Source: Azolla caroliniana
Taxonomy: Eukaryota > Plantae > Polypodiophyta
Reading direction: 5' to 3'
Assembly (NCBI GenBank): GCA_043228905.1
Contig: JBHGNT010000012.1
Span: forward strand, 7,812,001 to 7,876,000
Length of the DNA stretch: 64,000 nucleotides
The notes under the pieces: generated by a model
Database searches by the model: none
The model's input: the letters and a program-made list of their open reading frames with translations, nothing else
Told to the model about the DNA's origin: nothing
Translations under genes and position numbers: made by a program
Part shown: piece by piece, positions 26,872 to 37,707 of the stretch
Numbering within the stretch: the stretch's first letter is position 1
How the letters are laid out: each line of letters opens with the position of its first letter

Positions 26872-29800
26872 ATGACGCGACCAACGAATGACCCGGTTAC
26901 GGAGCGAGCAAGGCGACTTGTTGAACGGCTAAGGAAGCGAGAGGCTTTCCATCAAGTGACAAAAGAAATCAGAGCGGATCGCTCATTTTCGAAAGTGATC
27001 CGGAGAGTGGCCAAGGAATCACTTCGGCTACCACAAAATGCCTACCCGGGCGAAGGAAGCAGCCTAAGAAGCCTCCGGGAAGCGGAATCCCTTCTCCAGG
27101 CATTGGCAACGAGGGAAGGCGAATCCGAAGCATTTTCGGCATTTGAATTGGGTTCGGACGGGGAATACAGCGCGCAGACGAACTACCGCAACAGTAATGA
27201 CACCCCAGGCGGACTAGAGGACGAGGAGTCGGATACTTTGCCGACACTAGAACCATAATCGACAAGGCTAGAACCCCCGGTAACGGAAGTCGACCACACT
27301 CCGGAACCAGAAGTCGAGGACGAGAGACCTCCGACACCGGGAGTCGAGGAGGAGAAGCCTCCGACACCGCAAGAGGAGCAAGAAAGACCTCCGACGGCGA
27401 CAGAAGACCGGGAAAAACCTCCGACACCACCAGAGGAGGAACGACGACGACGACCACCACCAGCCTGTGTACCGACACCAGACGACGATATGCCGTTCCA
27501 ATATCCCAGATACCGGGATGATCTGAACGCGGAAGCCCACGTCCATGCGTTTCAACAGACCTGGGAGGCGAACTATGTGTCCCAACGCTTAAATGCAGCC
27601 GAAGAGGAATGCTCAAAACAGGCAGAGTTCGGCATGACCTTGGAGGGACCGGCCGCTAGATGGCACCGAACACAGGATCCCAGCACCATCCCCACGTTTG
27701 AAACATTAAAGACAAAATTCTTGCATTTCTTCCACAAGGAGATGGACCAGCGGGAAATGGTCAGCTTATTTTACAGTATTCGGCAGGAACCAACAAAGAA
27801 CATCCAACAATTTGTCATCCGGTTCCAGCGGATCCACAGTCAGCTTAGCCGGACACCACCGGAGGAAGAAACAAAGGCCATATTCTTAGCAGCACTCCGA
27901 GAACCCTTACAGACGGTGTGCACCGTCATCGATTTCCACACCAGCAGCATAGATCAAGTGATTGACCGAGTTCGGGAAATGGAAAACTCGAGTTCATGGC
28001 TAACCATGGGCGCACTTTAGCGTACACTACCGATAGAAGAGGACCTCCGTTTCCGGCAAGCAGTTCAATGTACGATATGCCTGAATGCCGGACATTCAGC
28101 GTTGGAATGCACCATGCATTCCCAATTCTTGCTCTGCCACTCCAGAAGTCACACAATGGAACGGTGTGAGTATAACTTGTTAAATCGACAAGCACCACCG
28201 GTCCGGCAAATTGAACCACGGAGCAATCGAGAGGAAGAAGAAGAATGCTGGCGGCGAGAGGAGCGCTATCGGACGGCACAAGATGTTCGGTATAGCGATC
28301 GAAGAGATGCTTATGACCGATATGATAGACATGATAGATATCGGAATGGACGATATGAAAGATATAACCGGGATCACTCCCCTGGCTACAACCATCGACG
28401 GGACGACTATGGCAAGGATGACGACCAGCCCCGGCAAGGATACCGCAACAAAAAGAATTTCAATAAGAAACGTCATTTCAACAAAAAGGGGGGTCATCCA
28501 CGAGAACCGGAAAAGGTCACTCCGAGCAGCCAACCAGACCAAAACCAAGCACTTACCCCCGGTTCGCCACCAAGCACACACGCCGAATCCAGCAACACCC
28601 GGAAGCCGTACTGCTATTATTGCTGGCAAGAGGGCCACTATAGTAATCAATGTTTGGCGAAGAGCTACGACAAGTGACCAACGGTGAACGTGGTAGACGC
28701 GGAAGTCGCGGACATACAACAAGTCACTACAAGATCAAAAGGCAAAGCCACAGAGTGGGAAACTCAAGAAGCCATCCGGAAGCAGGCAACTGAATGGGTG
28801 AAGAAGGCAAATGAGCGGAATGCGGCAGAGCTTGAACAACAAAAGGAGAATGCCGAAGAGCTCACTGGCCCGGGGCAACCCAAAAACCCAACATGGCAGG
28901 CGTTACAAGAATGCCAAATCATGTTGTCGTTAGGCCGGCTGTTGCAACTGGTACCAAGCTTCACGGAAGGACTGAAGACAGGAAGGACGACAACTAACAC
29001 ACCACTGGCTCCCGCATTCTTTTCGAATCCGGAGGAAGGACCGGCAGTGGTGGACACGAGTAATCCGGCAATCACAGCCATCGTGAAAGGAAAGGAGCTA
29101 CCAGGCACGATTATCGATGGAGGATCTGGCGTGAACGTGATCAGCCTTCGAACGTGTAACACGCTAGGAATCCAGGACCGGGAACTGTGCCCGTTTTGGC
29201 TTCGGATGGCGGACACTAGCTCAGTACGGCCGACCGGATTAATACGCGATCTGGAAGTGACCATCGGGGGTCACACATTTCGCATTTCCGCAGTAGTTCT
29301 CCAGCTATAGGCTCAGGGAGCGTACCCACTATTGTTGGGACGCCCTTGGTTCAAAACAACACACATAAAGCAAAACTGGAGGAAGAATATAATTACGTAC
29401 CGGCGTGGAAAAGCAAAAGTACGAGTATCGACTCAACCACGATCCAGTACCGGCAAGGAATCAATGCCGCTATATGCGGAATGTGTCAACATGCTGGAAG
29501 GATTGGCAGACGAAGAGGTCGATCAATACTTACAGGAAAATCCGAAGATCGTACCTCTGTTCGAGATTGATGTAGCCGAAGCAGTATCACCGTACGTACT
29601 GCAACCGGACGGGACCGACGAGGAACCGGATAAAGAAGCAATCTGGGAATTACGGCAAGCACAGGAGGCACTGGAAAAAGAAATGGCAGTATCGTAGTGC
29701 GTGAAAGCATCCCAACTAGAAGAGGTAAACCTAGGTACCACAGAGGACACAAGACCAGGGCACATTGCCAAGGAAATGACCCCGGAGAACAAAACGGCAA

Positions 29801-32445
29801 TGATCACACTCCTAAAAGAATTTGGGGATGTGTTCGCCTGGTCCTACAAGGACATGTCGGGACTCGATCCTCAGTTATATCAACACCAGATACATCTGAG
29901 TAAAGACGCCAAACCGGTAGCGCAATGGCGTTACCGAATGAACCCGAATTACGCAGCAAAAGTCAAAGAAGAAATCGACAAGTTGCTAAGAGTGGGCTTC
30001 ATCCGGTTGGTAAAGAAAGCCACATGGCTCAGCCTGATAGTCGTAGTACCCAAAAAGAACGGTAAGATAAGAGTGTGCGTCAACTACCGGAAATTGAACG
30101 CGGCTACGGTAACAGAAGCCTTCCCACTTCCATTCACGGATGGAGTCCTGGATGCGGTCGCTGGTCATGAGGTCTACAATTTTCTGGATGGTTTCAGCGG
30201 CTATAATCAAATCCGCATGCACCCCGCCGACCAGGAGAAAACCGCTTTTGTCACCGAATGGGGAGTTTTTGTTGCCGTAGTGATGATGTTCGGACTGAAA
30301 ACGGCGCCGACAACCTTCCAGCGGATCATCATGGAGATTTTCGAAGAATTCATTTCGGCATTCACGCAGGTGTTCTTGGACGACTTCGCTGTTTATAGCC
30401 AGGAAGGGGACCACCTTCAGCACCTCTGACTATGTTTGGAGAAATGTAGGGGTTACCGACTAAGCCTGAACCCGGCAAAATGCATGTTCGGAGTAAACAA
30501 CGGAGCATTACTGGGCCACATAGTGAGCAAGGACGGTATCGCAGTGGATCCAGACAAAGTAAAAGCAATCCTGGAGGCACCGGCACTAGCCATGGCAAAG
30601 GCACTAAGCCGGTTCTTAGGACAAATTCGGTGGCATAGCCAAATGCTCCAGTATCTGGCAGACCTGGCTACATCACTGCATGCCGCGGTACATCGGACAC
30701 CGTTCCGATGGACAGACACAGAAGACCAGGCTTACCGGGCACTAAAAGTACTGTTATCACAAGCGTCGGTGGTGCAACCTCCGGATTGGTCTAAAGAGTT
30801 CCATGTGTTCGTTGACGCGTTCGACATTGCAATCGGAAGCGCACTAATGCAACTTACAGAGCCGAAATGGTACCGGCCAGTCTATTATGCCAGCCGGAAG
30901 TTGTCCCAAGCGGAACGTAATTATTCCACGATGGAAAGGGAGGCTTTAGGTATGATCTACAGTGTCACCAAGTTTAGACACTATCTGTTGGGAAGGAAAT
31001 TTTCCTTTCATGTAGATCATTTGGTGCTCCTCTATTTGGTGTCCAAAGCATCACTCACCGGTAAGCTAGCCCGGTGGACGTTACTACTGCAAGAATTCGA
31101 GTTCAAGATATTCCACCGACCAGGCATACAACATGCGGTAGCAGACTATTTAAGCAGGTTGGATTCCGACGAAACCGGCGACGGAGTCCCAGACAACTTT
31201 CCAAATGCAGAGCTGTTTAGAGTCACAACAGAAACAACAACGGATAGTTCGGTCGCAGAGGAAGACAAGTGGCTCACCAACATGCATCAATTTCTGAGCA
31301 CTGGTTTACCTCCGGAGGAGTTGAACAGAGACGAGAGGAAACGCTTAGCGGTTCAAAGTTGGCACTTCTGTCTATTACAGGACACATTGTACCACAAAGG
31401 CGCAGATGGCATATGGTGGCATGAAGTGCGCAACGACGAAAAGGAAATAATATTGCGCGAGGCACACTGTGGTGTGGCTGGAGGACATTATGCCGGAGAC
31501 GCTACGACAAGGAAAATATGGCAGAGTGAACTATGGTGGTCGACAACATTGAAAGATGCAGTTCGGTACGCTAAAGAATGTGACCTATGTCAACGAATGG
31601 GCCAACCAATCGAACAAGCCAGAATGCCTCACCAACCCATGCTACCGTTAGAACCATTTCAGAAATGGGGGCTAGATTTTGTCGGTCCGTTCAAACCACC
31701 GGCAATGAGAACCGGCAACCGGTACGTGATCGTCGCTACGGATTACTGCACAAAATGGGTGGAAGCCAAAGTACTACGCGGCAACACCGTGGCATCCACG
31801 ACAAAATTTTTATATGAATGCATCTGGTGCCGATATGGATGTCCGATAGAGCTCATAAGCGACCAAGGTGGGCACTTCTTAGGGCTAGTAGTGGAAAGTT
31901 TGACGACATTTTATGCGGTGGTACACAAACGGAGCACTCCCTATTATCTGCAAGCCAACGGATTAGCTGAGTCAACAAATAAAACACTACAAAACATCCT
32001 GCGAAAAATCGTCAATGAGAACTGGACGGATTGGGATACAAAGCTGCACAGTGCACTCTGGGCCTACCGAACGACATATAAGACAAGTATCCGCACAACA
32101 CCGTTTCGCCTAGCATTCGGATTGGAAGCAGTGATGCCGGTAGAGTTCCAGGTACCGAGTTTACGAATATAGATTCGGGAATGCTTAAATGAGAAGGAAT
32201 CGGAAGCTATCCAGTTAAACGCATTGTGCGAATTGGAAGAACACCGGCTAGCCAACATCATGCACCTAGAACTAGAGCAACAACGAAGGAAAGCGTTCGT
32301 GGATCGTCACCGAAAAGGGAACGAAAAGATGTTCAGAATCAGTAAGCCGATACTCGTGTTCCAACCCCAGATGGGTAAGATGCCGGGAAGGATACAGTTT
32401 CGGTGGACCGGACCATACTGGATTACGCGTGAGTTCAACGGTTCC
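26872..32445 (+). pseudogene. Gypsy D gag-PR-RT-RH-INT in one frame with premature stops
   Basis: ORF pieces starting 26872, 27490, 28102, 28684, 29332, 29701, 30436 and 32224 share one frame; [36 protein letters not shown]. Confidence 0.93.
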
Positions 32446-32465
32446 TACGCACACAGAGCCCACGC

Positions 32466-34259
32466 ATGCAGAGCCCCGACCTCGACGAAGCTATGGACTG
32501 CCAAGCACTCTCTGAAGCAGCCAAGAAGTGGCTAAGGCAACACGGGTTAGAGGGTTTCCTCACAATCATGGAGGCGCCACCGCACCGGGAGGCGGAAAAG
32601 ATAGTCAAAGAAATCGACACAGAGCTGATTACGGAGGAGGCCATCCATGCGTTGATTGGCCTTCCGGAGGGGGGCATTTTCACCATTGACAACCCTACCC
32701 CGGAGCAGCTCCAAAAATATTTTGGCGAATACTCTCTAGCAAGCAAGGCCTACCGGACACAAGGCGGCAAAGATCCACTCTTTTGAGATATTGCCTGTGT
32801 GCTCCATGAATTTGGACATGTATACCCTCGACCCCCGTGCATTCCTCAGAACCGAGCCGGCTTAATCATAGCCACATATGAAGGCATGAAGGTGGACTGG
32901 GCGGTACTAATTGCGGATGGCCTCTATGCGGCCATCGATTCTGTCAGAGGCAAGGAGGGTCGGAAGATATGGACGGTAGTGGCGCAATGGCTCACCCTAT
33001 TGGCACCACCTATCGAGCCCGTCAAGACAACGAAGCGGGGAAGAACAACCGAAGGCACCCCGAAAATGGCCTCGAAACGACAGCAGCTATTGGCGTCTAA
33101 GGCAACCAAAGGGAAGGCGGCCAACACGGACCAGGCGACAAAGGAGCGTGCCAATAGGAAGCGGCAGGCGGAAACGTAGGAGGAGCCACCAGTACGGCCA
33201 ATCAAAATCAAGCTTAGTCGACCGGTTCAACAAGCGTCGGACCCCTTGGCAACGAAAATCAACATCGGGACTCAGGAGGAGGAAGCGGAGGAGGAACCGT
33301 TAGAGCACCTCCAGCGACGCCAGAAGGCAAGCACCTCCGAACATGCCGGGGAGTGTTCGGACCCAAAGAGGGATGGAACACTTGTACCCCGCACTGAGCA
33401 GCCCGCACCAAGGATGGAACCAAAACCGGTTCAGACAGAACCGGTCACAGAGCTCCCTGCACAACAACCTCTACCGACGGGTCAGGATACGACAAGACCC
33501 AAAATGCAAGCGTCGGAAGTACAGTTTCCTATCCCACCGGTAGGCCAAGAGCATTCAGAGGTGGAGCGGCCAACGGAGCCGCAACCAGAACGATAAAGTG
33601 GTCACCAACAAGAGCCAGAGTTGCAGCTCGACACAACCGGACAAAACCAACCACTGGCCAGCGACACCAACAGCCAACCCTTCGGGCAGACGCAACAACA
33701 GGGCACCGACAACCAATGGCTCTAGTGGATTGGAGAACAAATTGCCGGAGTGGTACACTACATAGAGGCGGAAGAGAAAGCGCAGATGGACCGGTTGCTC
33801 GTCACAACCGGAGAACTAGAGATGGCCCAGTCAAGGATCCGGAGACTAGAACAATACTTGAACCTGGCCACAGAAGAATTGGCCAAAATGGCCTTAACTG
33901 GACCACAACTCCAAGCACCGGTGACACTTGTACATAGCAATAAGACCCCAGAGATGGACCCAGTCCCGGAGATAGTGGTGGCGCAAGCAAAAGAGCTTGC
34001 TGAATTAAGAGATGTACTGGCCGCACAAGAAGAATTACGCACCCGAGAGTGGGACTTGAAGAAAGCGGCAGAAGAGAGCAACGAAAGACTCCTGAGACCC
34101 TCCGCCGGGCAGAACAGAATCTGCGGAAAGGACATCAGGCCTATGACCGGCTGAAGGAGGAGAAAGAGAAGGCGCTGCAAGAAAAGGAGAAGCTGAGACG
34201 GATGGCGGAAACAGAGATCGAAAGACTGAAAGAAGAACTCTGTAAACAGAAGGATCGGG
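32466..34259 (+). pseudogene. Gypsy D extra 3' ORF of unknown function (globular domain, low-complexity linker, coiled coil)
   Basis: Same-frame pieces at 32466, 32799, 33246 and 33750; homologous to 45278-47977. Confidence 0.75.
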
Positions 34260-34518
34260 TGTCAGGAATAGTAATAAAGCAGAGATGGAATTAGTACTAA
34301 TAAGAGAAGTACTATTAGTACTAAGAAGACGGGACTACGTGAGATTCCCGAGAGAGGAAGTGAGAAGAGGAGAGAGAGAGAAATATGATGACAGCAGCTA
34401 ATATATTATGTGAAAAGATAAGTACAAAGCGGCTAAGAGGCTTAAGACTGGTGTTGAACCAATTTGGTTCAACATAATGTCTAGTGCCTTCTTTTATAGT
34501 GTTGTCAGGAGTAATCCT

Positions 34519-34541
34519 GAAACTTCTAGAATGTTCCAGAG
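34519..34541. promoter_or_regulatory. Heat-shock element (4 perfect alternating nGAAn units) in the LTR of F
   Basis: GAAacTTCtaGAAtgTTCcaGAg, about 20 bp upstream of a minus-strand TATAAAA at 34492-34498. Confidence 0.65.
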
Positions 34542-34690
34542 AAATCTAGAATATATACTTTCTTATAATAAAACATAAATGAAAATAATATCTTATGAAT
34601 TACAATAGATGGTGTGATGGTTAAGAGCTTGACCCATATACCATAAGGTAATGGGTTCAAGTCTTGCCATATCATGACACTATCTCCCCC

Positions 34691-36973
34691 TTAAAGACGA
34701 CAAGTGAAACGAGTCGGTGCTGATTGCGGACCGGGTTTGTCCGGATACTTTTGGTGGAAATCAGCAAGTAGATCCTGAGCATTAACAACATGCTCGACGG
34801 GTTCCCAAATGCATTCGCTCGGACTATAACCCAGCCAATCGACCAAATAATAAAATTTTTTGTGAATAGGTTTGGAATCGAGCATGGCAGCAACTTCATA
34901 CTCCGGGCCGGCGTCCAACTCGAGCGGGGGCGGCGGCGGTGTAACACGATCGGGAATGGTGTTGGCTTTATAAGGTTCAAGAAGAGAACAATGGAAAACT
35001 GGATGTATCTGAAGCTGCGGAGGGAGATCAAGGCGGAATGTGACATCATTAACCTTACCCGTAATACAGAAAGGACCGAGTCGTCGATAATCCAACTTGT
35101 CACACGGTCGAGTAGTCTTGATGTGACGACGTAAGAGCCATACTCGATCTCCGATGGCAAAAGAGGAGGGAAGTCGATGACAATCCGCGTAAGTCTTCTG
35201 TGTCTGTTGAGCATGACGAAGATGAGTCGAGAGATCTGTCTGGATCTTGCGTAGTCTCTCCAAATGATCGCCGACACGAGGATTGGTAGGTAGTTCCGGG
35301 GTGTCGATCACCGACCAACGAGGATGAGAACCGGTATAAGCGTAGAATGGGGAGACTCGAGTCGAGGAGTGAACATCATTATTATACGCAAACTCCGCAA
35401 AGTGGAGAATCTCGGCCCAATCATCCTGCTGATAACTCAGGAAACACCGGAGATATTGCTCCAGCGTTTGGTTTGTTCGTTCCGCCTGCCCATCGACCTG
35501 AGGATGGTAGCCGGAGGAGAGGTTGCAAGAGACCTTGAGCATCTTGAAGAGATGCTGCCAAAATTTGGAGACAAATTGCGGTCCTCGGTCACTGATGATA
35601 TTGTCTGGGAGGCCATGATGCCGAAATACCTCACGCATGACTAGGGCGACGGTTTCCTCGCTAGTGATGGCCTTAGTACACCGAACGAAATGTGCCATCT
35701 TCGTATATCGATCGACAACGGTTAAGATAGCATCGAACCCTTGCAAGACCGGCAGATCTGTGATAAAATCAAGACAAATAGACTGCCACGGCTTACTTGG
35801 AATCGGTAAGGGTTCCAACAAGCCATATGGATGGTGTCGTGGCATCTTTGCTCGGCAGCAAGCATCACAGATCCGAACGTAGTCATCAACAAAACAGCGC
35901 ATGTGGGGCCACCAAAAAGATCGTTGCACTAGCTCCAACGTCTTAGTACTACCGAAATGTCCCGTTGTATGGGTGTCGTGATAATGATGGACGATTTCAA
36001 GGCGACAGGAGCAATCGGGGACATATATGCGCTTTTTAAAGAATAACAAACCATTATGATATTTGAATTGTCGGTAGTCAATACCTGGTTGTTGAGACTG
36101 AGAACAGGATGCCCGAGAAGTATCAATGTGCGCTAGGATGTCTTGACCAAAGCTATCTGTCTTCAAGTTTGCACGTATGTCATCGATAATCCGTGAATCC
36201 ATCGGGGTGTGAAAAATCCGTGTCGTGTGCAATCGTGTTGGTCCCAAGATTACTTGCTTTTGATTATCAAATGTTGGATCACCAGGACGAGGTGCAAGAT
36301 ACAAACGTCGTGATAGTGCATCTGCTTTTCCTTGCTGCTTCCCTTGTCGATATGTGATTTTGAAGTCGAAATGCGTGAGGAATTGCGCCCACCGAGCTTG
36401 TCGTCGAGTTAGTACGTAAGCGTTCTGGAAATAAGCAAGATTTTTATGATCACTAAGGACAATGACCTGATGTGGAGAGCCCTCTAAGAAATGCCGCCAT
36501 TGCACAAATGAATCCACGATGGCTAATAACTCCTTGTCATGTATTTCGTAGTTGATTTCCGCGACATCGAATTTGCGCGAATGGAAAGCCACCGGATGCA
36601 ACTCTTCTTTATCTCCTTGTTGAGAAAGGATGCTACCGAGAACGAAATCTGAAGCGTCGGCCTCCATGAGGAATAGTTTGCTGGTATCCACATGAGCTAG
36701 AATCGGTGCTGATGTAAAGGCTTTCTTAAGATGCCGAAAAGCCATATCTGCTTCAATGGACCAAAGAAATGCTTGGCCCTTCTTCGTAAGTTGTGTGAGG
36801 GGTAAAATAATCTTCGAGTAATCCTGTATAAACTTACGGTAGAAGTTAGCAAAACCTAGAAAACATTGTACATCTCGTACCGACCGTGGAATTTGCCACT
36901 CTAGTATAGTTTGGACTTTAGCTGGATCCATGGCGATGCCCTTTGAGGAGATGACGTAGCCTAGAAATTCCAC
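34691..36973 (-). CDS. F pol: RNase H, integrase, chromodomain (760 aa open)
   Basis: EADASDF, NYEIHDKELLAIV, SDRGPQF, EYEVAAMLDSK...YYLVDWLGYSPSE.IWEP. Confidence 0.93.
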   Translation of the reverse strand: MEFLGYVISSKGIAMDPAKVQTILEWQIPRSVRDVQCFLGFANFYRKFIQDYSKIILPLTQLTKKGQAFLWSIEADMAFRHLKKAFTSAPILAHVDTSKLFLMEADASDFVLGSILSQQGDKEELHPVAFHSRKFDVAEINYEIHDKELLAIVDSFVQWRHFLEGSPHQVIVLSDHKNLAYFQNAYVLTRRQARWAQFLTHFDFKITYRQGKQQGKADALSRRLYLAPRPGDPTFDNQKQVILGPTRLHTTRIFHTPMDSRIIDDIRANLKTDSFGQDILAHIDTSRASCSQSQQPGIDYRQFKYHNGLLFFKKRIYVPDCSCRLEIVHHYHDTHTTGHFGSTKTLELVQRSFWWPHMRCFVDDYVRICDACCRAKMPRHHPYGLLEPLPIPSKPWQSICLDFITDLPVLQGFDAILTVVDRYTKMAHFVRCTKAITSEETVALVMREVFRHHGLPDNIISDRGPQFVSKFWQHLFKMLKVSCNLSSGYHPQVDGQAERTNQTLEQYLRCFLSYQQDDWAEILHFAEFAYNNDVHSSTRVSPFYAYTGSHPRWSVIDTPELPTNPRVGDHLERLRKIQTDLSTHLRHAQQTQKTYADCHRLPSSFAIGDRVWLLRRHIKTTRPCDKLDYRRLGPFCITGKVNDVTFRLDLPPQLQIHPVFHCSLLEPYKANTIPDRVTPPPPPLELDAGPEYEVAAMLDSKPIHKKFYYLVDWLGYSPSECIWEPVEHVVNAQDLLADFHQKYPDKPGPQSAPTRFTCRL

Positions 36974-37030
36974 TTCCTTGCAGTCAAAGCTACATTTTTC
37001 TAGCTTGGCATAAAGTCCATTCTCACGGAG

Positions 37031-37537
37031 TCATTTTAGTACTAATAGTACATGAGAATCGTGCTCTTGCTGGGTCTTCGAATAAATCAATAGATCATCC
37101 AGATAGATGATCAAACAAATATCCAAGAGGTCTCTGAATATATCATTTGCCATGTGTTGGAAGACTGCAGGTGCATTGGTTAAGCCGAACGGCATAACGG
37201 TATACTCGAAATGCCCATATCGCGTGCAAAAGGCGGTCTTCCATTCATCTCCCGGTCGGATCCGCACGAGGTTATACGCTCCTCGTAGATCGATTTTGGT
37301 AAAAAACTTGGCACCATTAACTCGCTCCAAAAGACTTGATATAAGAGGAAGTGCATACCTATTCCGGATGGTGACCTTATTCAATCCGCGGTAATCAATG
37401 ACGAGACGAAGTGAGCCATCTTTCTTCTTGACAAAGAAGATGGGTGCACCGGCCGGAGATTTCGAATGACGGATGAACCCGCTTGCCAAGTTCTCCTCTA
37501 TGTAGGCTTGAAGGACTTCTAACTCGGTGGGTGACAA
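37031..37537 (-). CDS. F reverse transcriptase N-terminal part
   Basis: [39 protein letters not shown]. Confidence 0.93.
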   Translation of the reverse strand: MSPTELEVLQAYIEENLASGFIRHSKSPAGAPIFFVKKKDGSLRLVIDYRGLNKVTIRNRYALPLISSLLERVNGAKFFTKIDLRGAYNLVRIRPGDEWKTAFCTRYGHFEYTVMPFGLTNAPAVFQHMANDIFRDLLDICLIIYLDDLLIYSKTQQEHDSHVLLVLK

Positions 37538-37707
37538 GTTGTAAATTGGTCCCCATGGTGGCTCGGTTCCTGGTTGTAAATCGATGGGACAGTCATAGGG
37601 ACGGTGATGAGGAAGGGTACCGGCTTTTACCTTGTCAAATACATCGGCATAAGGATGATATTTTGCAGGAAGTTGTACTGAGGAGTCCTTCTTAATAGTA
37701 CTAATAG

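Larger units (their letters stand above)
26368..34259 (+). mobile_element. Non-chromovirus (Athila/Tat-like) Gypsy element D: LTR 26368-~26816, PBS TGGCGACCAC, gag-pol, extra ORF; 3' end lost
   Basis: TGTTA..TAACA LTR with a TATA box; the PBS fits a tRNA-Arg 3' end (inferred); inserted in the 5' LTR of E2. Confidence 0.88.
34260..37707 (-). mobile_element. Chromovirus element F (Tcn1-like): 3' LTR 34260-34679, PPT, pol; 5' half deleted
   Basis: TG..CA LTR, PPT complement CTCCCCCT at ~34685; [23 protein letters not shown] and YLDD; C-terminal chromodomain. Confidence 0.92.

Noticed and set aside
28675-28683. Programmed readthrough between gag and pol in D
   Set aside because: It is one of seven similar in-frame stops and is more simply a CGA>TGA mutation.
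34603-34679. Functional tRNA gene
   Set aside because: Acceptor and anticodon stems do not pair; kept only as a tRNA-like module.
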